From IMG/VR virus record IMGVR_UViG_3300032053_000038, positions 13,807-77,806 of that record: DNA of 64,000 nt. One strand, given 5' to 3'. Below, piece after piece: positions 56,701-64,000 of this stretch. A program made the position numbers and the translations under genes. Source of the stretch: a virus. Every line of letters starts with the position of its first letter. The first letter of the stretch is position 1. The notes beneath the pieces are model-generated. The model was not told the DNA's origin. It searched no databases and saw only the letters and a program-made list of their open reading frames with translations.

Positions 56701-57723
56701 AACTTTCTTGTTGCGGGCGCCGTGCCCAAACTGTTCTTTAAAAAGAGGAGCTAACGCCCGACTGTGAAATTGTAATTGAACCGCATTTTTACAATGAGCT
56801 ACATTTTTAACTGTAGTATTTACCCCGAGAGCCTCGGTAATTATTTTGCCGAGTCGCTCAAATTCTTCACGCTCATTTAAATTACCCGTTAGTCTAAAAA
56901 CACCCGTGGGCTCATTAGCATACCCTTCAGCGACATACCACCCATAGAAATAAGAGGTTTGTTCATTTAACACAAGAGGAGATTCTTCTGAACTTGTAGC
57001 CTTAAATTTTGGATAAACTACGAAGTCGCCAACTTCTAACTTTTTAGGAGAGACCCATTGAACTAGAGAATCAGATAGATCAAGCTCTTGATCAGTAAAA
57101 GCTGTCTGTAAATAGTCATCTACCTTTATCTCTGGTATAGTTAAAGTATTTGTGGAAACAGTTTCTTTAATCTTACTACAGAGCTGCTTGTAAGCATATT
57201 GACCAGATCCTCTCCAGTCTTTTCCCTGTTGAGGTTGAGGACGCTTAATGGCAGTAATTGGGTGGTATGCTCCTACAGTAAACTCTGGGAGACATTGGAC
57301 TTTTAATTTAGTCCATTCATTGCCTGCTTCATCAGAAGCAGTATACATCTTCTTTGAAGTAGCAGTAACTTTTTGCCACTTACCAGAAGAAGAAAGAACT
57401 AAATCACCAACAACAACATCTTCAATTTTTTTAACGCCTGATTGAAGTACAAGAGACTCACCACCACGGTACTGCCACTTCAAAATTTCTTGACGCGACT
57501 TAGGTAGAAGGAAACTCTCAACAGTTAATTCAGGACTATAAAAGTTTGAAGGTGTCTGTGAAGTTGGATATGATCCTCCACCAACAACGCCTCCGCCCAT
57601 AGTCATACTCTGCTTCTCAATAGAAGAAGCTCGCCCCAATGAACTCTTAAACGCAGACGTAGACCCTGTAATAAAAGAACCGTTCTTTGTAATTCTAGGT
57701 GTTCCTACTTTTCGCTTTCCCAT
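53710..57723 (-). CDS. Portal protein with two inteins (553 aa after splicing)
   Basis: Follows the terminase; extein motifs YWKFGEAIP, RGTPIIQSLFK, ILVGLGVNKNLILGEGPSF/SNA; P/G-rich tail. Confidence 0.88.
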   Translation of the reverse strand: MGKRKVGTPRITKNGSFITGSTSAFKSSLGRASSIEKQSMTMGGGVVGGGSYPTSQTPSNFYSPELTVESFLLPKSRQEILKWQYRGGESLVLQSGVKKIEDVVVGDLVLSSSGKWQKVTATSKKMYTASDEAGNEWTKLKVQCLPEFTVGAYHPITAIKRPQPQQGKDWRGSGQYAYKQLCSKIKETVSTNTLTIPEIKVDDYLQTAFTDQELDLSDSLVQWVSPKKLEVGDFVVYPKFKATSSEESPLVLNEQTSYFYGWYVAEGYANEPTGVFRLTGNLNEREEFERLGKIITEALGVNTTVKNVAHCKNAVQLQFHSRALAPLFKEQFGHGARNKKVPSFIMNASPEIVKSFLQGYFKGDGSFTKNVAGLPVISCSTVSENLAYQINLLLTKINVLGSLTKYDTKGKSFKFKDKELNVASFVYYTTITGEMCGRLFDGYENLEATETKSRVIKYLEDDKNFYLPVREVTTYAEDAWGYDLQTEDHTYVAPVLVHNCRIFFNLEAYIQSIIMMHADYPFSKFDIITEDPSVTEFYKDVAFSETFDLYDFIRRASLSYWKFGEAIPFGSMIKDEEDGKWKWEKFILLEPELIEIRQEMFEGEPRFELVPTEELKQIVKASDPVAVERRKNIPEIVLESINNNRLIPLDSACVSQIGRITDPSATRGTPIIQSLFKILIYQDWIRLAQAAFAQRYVFPVELWTIGDAAAGVWPTEDELETFKNTINLAVQNPPFALVFPPVVKYESLTTSGKSYFPEVTNQYQYIHDQILVGLGVNKNLILGEGPSFCVPAEDRALTRNGLKYYWQITETDELATLNPKTNQLEYQRASRINVFDHDGEMIHFKTQKIDHMVTPNHRCWVKPQTTKKDKDRWQFVEADKVSHRAHFQLGMDWVGSSPSSFVDVLGKQVPIEDYLEWVGYWLAEGYVTYKEYDGETNAAYQVGFSQSLVSRYFNDFERLVEKLPFKVNKYTGTSSYKSQRVTTLEKDHTVVSWAIGSKDLAQYFIDNFGKGAFNKRIPQWIKDLSPKYLKILRDAMMKGDGSIHKATGKSAKAKAKYFTYHTVSTQLAEDVVEISLKLKDTPHMSLHKTTAGNDIHHVCWSEKKNASFILDRSGIKGVGNTPHTSRVSYKGKVWCPTTPNSTWVVERGGRFIITGNSNARTMSLHKLMMVYKAIRDQFENWMIKNFFRPLAVKNDLYKIVRGKKKYILPTISWYKSLDLEEREVERKLYFDMWGKGIISTKTLFGKFADLDYETEGLHLEKERGTVFDKGDKRLPQGVLTPMQGRGTPATPGMPELGGEVGAPSLGGGPEIGPEAPPAGPEAPSAPPTGPEIGAPVV
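54256..55359 (-). mobile_element. Portal intein 2 (368 aa) with LAGLIDADG endonuclease
   Basis: F/CVPAED..., VTPNHRCW, VGYWLAEG, AMMKGDG, KVWCPTT...FIITGN/S. Confidence 0.92.
56227..57474 (-). mobile_element. Portal intein 1 (416 aa) with LAGLIDADG endonuclease and atypical Gln1
   Basis: W/QYRGGESLVLQSGVKKIEDV..., YGWYVAEG, FLQGYFKGDG, GYDLQTEDHTYVAPVLVHN/C. Confidence 0.9.
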
Positions 57724-57953
57724 TATTTATCCCCTTCGGAACTATTCATTTCTAATTGTTTCTTTTCATGATCAGCGGATGCTATTCTTTGTTCTCCTAG
57801 CTGGTCATTTACATAGATTAATGCATCTATAGCATTAGCTAATGCTTTTGAGTCTACTCCTATATTGTACTGCATATCGTATGAATCGCCTAATTGATAT
57901 ATTAAGGAAGTTATATACGTTGTCGCTTCGTTATATAGTTCGTCGTGATTCAT
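57723..57953 (-). CDS. Hypothetical protein
   Basis: 76 aa, coupled between terminase and portal genes. Confidence 0.6.
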   Translation of the reverse strand: MNHDELYNEATTYITSLIYQLGDSYDMQYNIGVDSKALANAIDALIYVNDQLGEQRIASADHEKKQLEMNSSEGDK

Positions 57954-59527
57954 AGAAATCGCTTACCTGGACTATCTCCCGGTCGTGAACTAAAAACACT
58001 TCTGGGCATGGATGATACAAAGAGTCTATGATGAGCTGAAGCTTTTTTAAATGTATCATTCTTATCACAGGCATAAACAGCTAGTAGATCACTCATAGCT
58101 CCGTCATCGTGCATTCCAGAAGGCGCGTTAATTTTATCATTGAGTCCAGCCCCTGAAATCCTCTCTAGGGCTAACCACTCATGATAATGTTTCCTTAAAA
58201 CTTTATTCTTCTCAACATCTTCCAGTCGAGGGTATTTTATTCTACCAGCCTGTAATTCAAATTGAAAATGATCCGCCATTGCATTCTTAAAATTCTTTTT
58301 TGATGAAGATTCAGTTGCAGAAAATAATACACCGGCAACGGAGATTCGCAACCGCTTGAACATCTCTACGGCGGTGATACCTACATTACTATAATCAACG
58401 CATCCGAAGGAGCATGGAAATTTTCCTGTACCTGGATGTACTATACCCGCTATTTCTTCAGCCTGAGACAACGTCTCGACGGACTGCCATTCTTGACAAA
58501 AAACCTTCTCCTTAGTATTATCAGAACGTTTTCGCCAAATACTTAAAGAGGTATAGTCCAGATCATACTTACCCGGAGTTAAGGTTCCAGAGCTAGTGTC
58601 TAAACCAAAGAAGTATTCTTCTCCTTCCTGCGGTCTAGTTAGAGCATAATGATCTCCTACCAGAAGTTCCGGTTCCTCCCCACGTAGGAATGAGTTAGCA
58701 TCTTCCATCCATACCATTCCATACTGAGTATTAAACTCCATCTCAGTCATATCCCCATCATAATGTAATTCAGGATGATCAGGGAACAACTTTACCTTCA
58801 TGGAGCGAGGAACTCTATCTAGGATCTTAATTGGATATTTCACGCCATCTACTTCTGTATATCCAGGCTCTAACAGAATAGGAGAATGTAGCCAGTCATG
58901 TTTTAAAACCTTATATTTCGAGTCAACGAAGCTCTTATAAAAGTGATTCTTGAAAAGAGGAATACCAATCTTAATTAGTTTAAATATCTTTTTACTACCA
59001 AGCATAGGTATAATACGTTCAGACATTGATGAATTGGTAACACGATGTGCCTCGTCGACGACTATTACAGCGAAGTGCCAACCTTCTTGTAAGGACGTTT
59101 CAGCTGCAGACAGGGCTAATATGTTCGATCCATTATTAAAGATTAATCGATCGTTAGTCGTCTTATCCCAGTTGACCTGCTCAGAAATTTTAGAGGGAGC
59201 TAATATCTTTTTAGCTTCAAAGATTAAACGAGCGGCCTGATCAGCTCTTGGGCCGAATACACCAATTTCGATTCCAGGGTTATCTAAACTTAATTTAATT
59301 AAGCCAACACAGACAGCAAAGCTTTTACCTCCACCGCGTGATCCGACAATAGAGATATAGGGAGTATTCAGGTCGAATACCTCTCTGCAAATTTCTACTT
59401 GATTTTTATGGAGGATGGTATTTAAACGATCTTTAGTCCAGAGGTAGGGATCGTTAGCTTGGAGGGTAAAGTCGCCAGCTTGTTCTAAAATCTGTTTCCA
59501 GATGTCATTTTTTATCTTGTCTTCCAT
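57950..59527 (-). CDS. terL: Terminase large subunit
   Basis: Walker A GSRGGGKS, Walker B VIVVDEAH, nuclease motifs FFGLDTS and HDDGAMSD; upstream of the portal. Confidence 0.92.
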   Translation of the reverse strand: MEDKIKNDIWKQILEQAGDFTLQANDPYLWTKDRLNTILHKNQVEICREVFDLNTPYISIVGSRGGGKSFAVCVGLIKLSLDNPGIEIGVFGPRADQAARLIFEAKKILAPSKISEQVNWDKTTNDRLIFNNGSNILALSAAETSLQEGWHFAVIVVDEAHRVTNSSMSERIIPMLGSKKIFKLIKIGIPLFKNHFYKSFVDSKYKVLKHDWLHSPILLEPGYTEVDGVKYPIKILDRVPRSMKVKLFPDHPELHYDGDMTEMEFNTQYGMVWMEDANSFLRGEEPELLVGDHYALTRPQEGEEYFFGLDTSSGTLTPGKYDLDYTSLSIWRKRSDNTKEKVFCQEWQSVETLSQAEEIAGIVHPGTGKFPCSFGCVDYSNVGITAVEMFKRLRISVAGVLFSATESSSKKNFKNAMADHFQFELQAGRIKYPRLEDVEKNKVLRKHYHEWLALERISGAGLNDKINAPSGMHDDGAMSDLLAVYACDKNDTFKKASAHHRLFVSSMPRSVFSSRPGDSPGKRFL

Positions 59528-59534
59528 AAGAGGA

Positions 59535-60014
59535 TTAAAATATTCGTTCTAAGATTTTTGTGTCTATCAATTCGTTTGGTCCTATGAATCTCCCAGCGTC
59601 TTTTCCAAGAATAATTTCTGCTTGTTTAAATGCTGTCTGAACAAATTCAGTACAGCTATAAGAATTTTTAAGAGTAAATAAACCTAGAAGTAGCTGTCCT
59701 ATGTCGTAATATCTACCAGTATTTTTTAAAGACCAACTTACAGAGGTCTCTATTTCCCAGGAATTTATATTTTTAACTCTCCAAACTTCTATTGATGGAT
59801 TATCCCAATTAATAGAGCTAATGCGTGTACATGGCCAAACAGCTTCAGCTTGTAATTCTTTATTCCAGATTCGGATGGCCACATGACTATATGATGAAGA
59901 AACACCTTCTTTACGAAAGAGTTGTACCAGTGCTATTAGCTTCGCCTTCCAACCACTTTGAGGAGTTACTTTATAGAAAAGCAAATCACCCGGTTGGGAT
60001 AGATTCTCAATCAT
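59535..60014 (-). CDS. Permuted papain-like NlpC/P60 (YiiX/YebB, C92) peptidase
   Basis: PGDLLF...YSHVAI...GRYYD...YSCTEFVQTAF, with His preceding Cys. Confidence 0.85.
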   Translation of the reverse strand: MIENLSQPGDLLFYKVTPQSGWKAKLIALVQLFRKEGVSSSYSHVAIRIWNKELQAEAVWPCTRISSINWDNPSIEVWRVKNINSWEIETSVSWSLKNTGRYYDIGQLLLGLFTLKNSYSCTEFVQTAFKQAEIILGKDAGRFIGPNELIDTKILERIF

Positions 60015-60634
60015 TAAATAGCTTTGTGGAAATTTAGATTTACAACTACCGGAATATCAGCTGAGCCAGTTCGATGATACTTCACTCTAATGTACATGTT
60101 TTCTGGTGGCTTACCAGCATATGGTGTAGTAATTTCACACTTGCCATCCGGTGCAGGATAACTAGAAAGAATCCAGGTTTTGAGTACGAAGTCGACCCCA
60201 TATCCTAAAAGATTGTCATGATCTACAATAGCCATCTCAGCCCAGTCGCCGAAGGTAAATCCGGTGCCACAATACATCGTTCCGCCGTTGAGATACAAGT
60301 TGTCGTCCCATACCTTGACGAAGATGTCGAACTCAGTAGTGTTGACGGTGGCAAATACCCCCTTTCGCTGGAAGTCAAAGTCGGAAGTAGAAAATGAATA
60401 AGAACGGATACCAATAGCAAAGTTAAACGCTGCCTTGCGGTTGGCTACAAAGTCAGTGGCGTCATCTGAATTTTTTAGGATGCGGATGTGCCAGGTAAGT
60501 CCGTTAGAGTCTGGCCCATAAAGATCATAACCAAAAGTGTCTTCGGTGAACTGGTTATTAAGATTCTTCTTGACGACGCATAGGTCGATGAATCCATCAG
60601 TACCGGAATAGTTCGAAAGTTCTAGGAGTCTCAT
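60014..60634 (-). CDS. Hypothetical virion-associated protein
   Basis: 206 aa, beta-rich, coupled to 60631..63477. Confidence 0.5.
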   Translation of the reverse strand: MRLLELSNYSGTDGFIDLCVVKKNLNNQFTEDTFGYDLYGPDSNGLTWHIRILKNSDDATDFVANRKAAFNFAIGIRSYSFSTSDFDFQRKGVFATVNTTEFDIFVKVWDDNLYLNGGTMYCGTGFTFGDWAEMAIVDHDNLLGYGVDFVLKTWILSSYPAPDGKCEITTPYAGKPPENMYIRVKYHRTGSADIPVVVNLNFHKAI

Positions 60635-63477
60635 GACGTCGCCTCCGTCCAGATAATATTGATAACGATGATGTTGTTATTAGCACTAGGAGTACCGGTA
60701 ATCATAATTGAATTTCCGGCCTGTATGATAAGTCCCCAGTCATAGTCGAGAAGGTTTGTTTCGCTCGTCGAGGTAAGCGCAGACACCTTGGAACCGTTCG
60801 CCGTCGACGTCGGAGTAAGTGTAACCTGTCCAGTACTAATGGGAGCGGCTCCACCGATATTCATAGAGGTCGGGGCTAGGGATACACCGAACATATAGAC
60901 CGTACCCGTCCCATTGTTTGTAAGAGGAAGGGGAGATCCACTAAGGGTTAAGGCTAGTTGCCAGGTAGTAGCCGTCCGATTAACAACATAGTAGTTTGTT
61001 CCCGCAGTGATTCCTGTAGTCGTGACGACTGTAGCAAATTTGACTAAATCGCCGTTCACGAATGGATGCCCAGACCACGTAACCGTATCACCAGTATCCT
61101 GAAATGTGACAGCCTGAGTATTGAGGATTGGATTGGAATAAACTCGAAGAGTGGACTGCTTACCTGATGTAGTCGATGAAAAGGTGATTCCCTTCAAATG
61201 GAGATGCTTCATACTCCCCGAGGGGTTTCGCATAAGGAAAACATTAGATTCGACACCAGCGGCACCGAGCGTAATCTCACAAGTTGTTTGGAATGAACGA
61301 AGAGCGTCGGACTCACCGGCCCCAGTCGTAGCAGGTCCAGTAGCACCAGCCTGGGTGACACGCAACTCCCCGGCCGCTGTAAGTTGAAGTGGTGAAGACT
61401 GTCCATTCGTGAGAGCCACTGGAATAGAGCTATAAATGGCATTGGTCGTCATTTGTAGCTTGGAAGCATCCGACTGATGAGCGACTACGTCGAAAGAGTC
61501 CTGATTGAGGACCATCATGTAATCTAGCGAAAGGGTTGTAGAGGAGGTTGCCCCGGTATTCGAAATATGAGCAAACAAACCAAAGGTCAGATATGGAATT
61601 CCTACACCCCGGATAGCTGTGAACATCAACACCCTGTTGACGAAAAATGAAACCTTGTCATTGGTCAGCCTTATCTCGTAAAGCTGTCTAGCTGCGGAGG
61701 TCGCCGCTCCAGGAAGTGTGACCTGTATCGAGATTGTTTCCCCGCCGGCGATTGTGACACAGTTGACCTTCGTGTCATCTGTCCCTGAGAATTCAAAATA
61801 AGCGGCACTATTCGGGTTGGGATAAACATCTGCGAACCCTACCATAGACGACTGGTAGGAGATGCGTTGGGACACAGAAGCCCTGATTTGCATCTGGAGA
61901 TTAGGCACATCAACACTTCGAAATATATAGGTATCAGTAGACGCAGTAGTCCCAGAGACGATGTTGCATAAGCTGGAACCGACGGTTATATTCCCGCCCG
62001 TACCAATAGTCTGCTTCCAGTTAGATATAACAGCATTCCCGCTTCCAGACGAGCCGAGATATCCTTCCAGTAGGGATACAAAGGATGAACTTTTCACAGA
62101 CCATATCTGTGTCAGTACAGAGTCGGGATCGGTACTCAAGCGGATGTATTGTCCCCACTCCAGTGAATCGAAGTCTGTGGTGCTAGTGACTATATTCACT
62201 CCGCTAGAGAATGAGATGTTCTTGAATAGGGTGGCCTGCAGAGATGAGCCAAGGAAATGGTCACAGAAGGAGCCTTCATCAGTAGAGACAGGACCACGCA
62301 CCATTAAGTTATTTTGTGAGTCTAGAGCGATTCCTTTGAGCTCTTCCAAAAAATAGAGAGAGGGGTTGGGGTAAAAAGAGGACGCCCAATCTCCTCCAAC
62401 GGGAACCATAGACTCCGAGGCAACCGGACATAGAGTAGTTCCGAAACGTATGTATGTCGTATTTGCCGAACCGATGTTATCGATGCGATGTCTATAATAA
62501 GCCGCTGTGGTTAGGTGAGAATGCGAGACTCCTGTCCCAGCGGGAATGACAGCTGAAATAGTGTGATCCCAATTAGAACCATCGTTCGATTGGTCTAGAT
62601 GGATACAACAGGTCTGATCGGCTTTAAACTGGTGTTGGATATATGCAACACCTAGAGTACTCTCGGACGCCGATGTCCAAGAGGTCCCAGGAGCTAGGTT
62701 GTTGTTCTGGGCTATGCCAACAGGTGAAGCAACGGTGGCAACGGTAGCATTAGTAGTAGATGGAAAGATGTTTTGGATGATGGCAGAATTGGCAAACTTG
62801 AAAATGGTATTCGCCATCGACGATAAAAGACGAACGCTTATAGGCGTTCCACCATACGTAACGCACTTTATTCGGATGCCATTAATTGCTCCGGTAGCAT
62901 TGGACTTATAGGTTCCATCCGCACAGATGATCTCGCCAACTACCGGATGCCCAAAACTAACATCGACCCCATGGCCATTACGATATGTGGTCGAGGTCCA
63001 AGTAGCCCCTCCATCACTGGTTGTCTCAAATACGACAGTTGTTCCCGTCCAAGCCGCGCAAGATATCACGACGGCATGGGAGTTGTAGCCGGAAACGCTA
63101 CTTGTAACCGTAGAACCGGCCGTAGGGAATGCTGCTGTCAGACTTCCAGTAACTACAATGTCCTGTGCCGGAGCAACCGAGGCTGTAGTCTTTAAGCTTC
63201 CGGTTGCATCAAGCTGGAGCGCTGCCTGCTGACCGTTGGCCAAAGTCGGAGGAGTTGAGCTATAGACCCCTCCAGCCAGCTCAGACTTAGTAGCAGCAGC
63301 TCCTGGAGCTACAGACCCCTCTGAAAGGGATGTAGCAGGATCTATTCGAGTTCCTGCTACATTAACCGGAGCAACCGGAACCGAGCCACCGCTATTAACA
63401 GTGGCTCGGTTTCCGTTAGACTCGTCAACTAGAGATACATCGTTTGCAATCTGTGGTCCTGTCTTGTCGGTAGCCAT
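60631..63477 (-). CDS. Large multidomain virion decoration/fibre protein
   Basis: 948 aa, S/T/G/A-rich, several beta-sandwich or lectin-like blocks, duplicated YSSxPxxLxNGQxxxLQLxAxGxL motif. Confidence 0.6.
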   Translation of the reverse strand: MATDKTGPQIANDVSLVDESNGNRATVNSGGSVPVAPVNVAGTRIDPATSLSEGSVAPGAAATKSELAGGVYSSTPPTLANGQQAALQLDATGSLKTTASVAPAQDIVVTGSLTAAFPTAGSTVTSSVSGYNSHAVVISCAAWTGTTVVFETTSDGGATWTSTTYRNGHGVDVSFGHPVVGEIICADGTYKSNATGAINGIRIKCVTYGGTPISVRLLSSMANTIFKFANSAIIQNIFPSTTNATVATVASPVGIAQNNNLAPGTSWTSASESTLGVAYIQHQFKADQTCCIHLDQSNDGSNWDHTISAVIPAGTGVSHSHLTTAAYYRHRIDNIGSANTTYIRFGTTLCPVASESMVPVGGDWASSFYPNPSLYFLEELKGIALDSQNNLMVRGPVSTDEGSFCDHFLGSSLQATLFKNISFSSGVNIVTSTTDFDSLEWGQYIRLSTDPDSVLTQIWSVKSSSFVSLLEGYLGSSGSGNAVISNWKQTIGTGGNITVGSSLCNIVSGTTASTDTYIFRSVDVPNLQMQIRASVSQRISYQSSMVGFADVYPNPNSAAYFEFSGTDDTKVNCVTIAGGETISIQVTLPGAATSAARQLYEIRLTNDKVSFFVNRVLMFTAIRGVGIPYLTFGLFAHISNTGATSSTTLSLDYMMVLNQDSFDVVAHQSDASKLQMTTNAIYSSIPVALTNGQSSPLQLTAAGELRVTQAGATGPATTGAGESDALRSFQTTCEITLGAAGVESNVFLMRNPSGSMKHLHLKGITFSSTTSGKQSTLRVYSNPILNTQAVTFQDTGDTVTWSGHPFVNGDLVKFATVVTTTGITAGTNYYVVNRTATTWQLALTLSGSPLPLTNNGTGTVYMFGVSLAPTSMNIGGAAPISTGQVTLTPTSTANGSKVSALTSTSETNLLDYDWGLIIQAGNSIMITGTPSANNNIIVINIIWTEATS

Positions 63478-63491
63478 TATTTTTACTCTAA

Positions 63492-64000
63492 TTAATACGT
63501 AACATTAATTGTTGTATATACGGTAATTGCTGTAACAGCATTTTCTAGATTTTTCTTTGCAACAACAACAGCTGCACCGCTGGCTACATTGTATCCCCGA
63601 CAGTCAACAGTTACAGTTGGACTAGACTCAGATGTAAGAGCTGTCCAATAAGTATTGCCAGCAACTTTAATATCATACTTAGCTGCAGCGGTGCTAGCAC
63701 ATAAGACATTTTTTAATGCAACGACATTACCTGTAGTATTTGTCCAGGTATGGCTTGTAGTACCTCCCCCACCAATATCATCAGGGGCATAACTAGCTAG
63801 TTGAGTACCACCAGCACCTAGCTCAATACTAATCTGAGTTAAAATAGATTCTACATTTGCTAAAGTATTTTCAGTTGCTACATTTGCTAAAGTAGCTTCA
63901 GTTGCAACGTTAGAAAGAGTTGCTTCGGTTGCAACGTTAGATAAAGTAGCCTCGGTAGCTGCGTTAGCTAAATAGCTAACAGCATTAGTTGCAGTATTAG
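63492..64000 (-). CDS. Partial virion protein with 9-aa ATEATLxNV repeats (start outside window; not in ORF track)
   Basis: Open frame ...ATEATLSNVATEATLSNVATEATLANVATENTLANVES...TTINVTY*. Confidence 0.75.
   Translation of the reverse strand, partial: NTATNAVSYLANAATEATLSNVATEATLSNVATEATLANVATENTLANVESILTQISIELGAGGTQLASYAPDDIGGGGTTSHTWTNTTGNVVALKNVLCASTAAAKYDIKVAGNTYWTALTSESSPTVTVDCRGYNVASGAAVVVAKKNLENAVTAITVYTTINVTY

Noticed and set aside
57723-57953. Terminase small subunit
   Set aside because: It is very short, lies downstream of terL and has no recognisable HTH or TerS features; left as hypothetical.
1-64000. tRNA/rRNA genes, integrase, IS elements, invertible shufflon
   Set aside because: None were recognised by eye. 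Intergenic gaps are short, nearly all genes are co-oriented, and no recombinase is present.

Overview
The window is a nearly continuous minus-strand virion-morphogenesis region of a large tailed phage with a contractile (myovirus-type) tail, read in the standard genetic code. In transcription order (high to low coordinates): accessory virion proteins, a permuted NlpC/P60 peptidase, terminase large subunit, a portal carrying two LAGLIDADG inteins, an HNH endonuclease, prohead protease/scaffold, head decoration protein, major capsid protein, about 18 kb of decoration/fibre genes (including a glycosyltransferase-methyltransferase pair and a 60-bp repeat fibre), neck, sheath, two tube paralogues, a -1 frameshifted tail chaperone, tape measure, baseplate, fibres, and an amidase/holin/putative spanin cassette. 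The most unusual observations are: (1) a GC-rich LamG fibre gene with two back-to-back Hint domains separated by a single Tyr and lacking a +1 nucleophile, followed by a YkgJ-like gene and an orphan copy of the fibre C-terminus; (2) a portal intein that starts with Gln and lacks class-3 signatures; (3) a ~110-120 aa module found in four structural genes, nested inside other domains in three of them; (4) a recurring K-x-A/G/S motif in head-region proteins; (5) several zinc-finger microproteins missed by the ORF track. All functions come from motif recognition and synteny by eye. No database searches were run, and the host cannot be identified.
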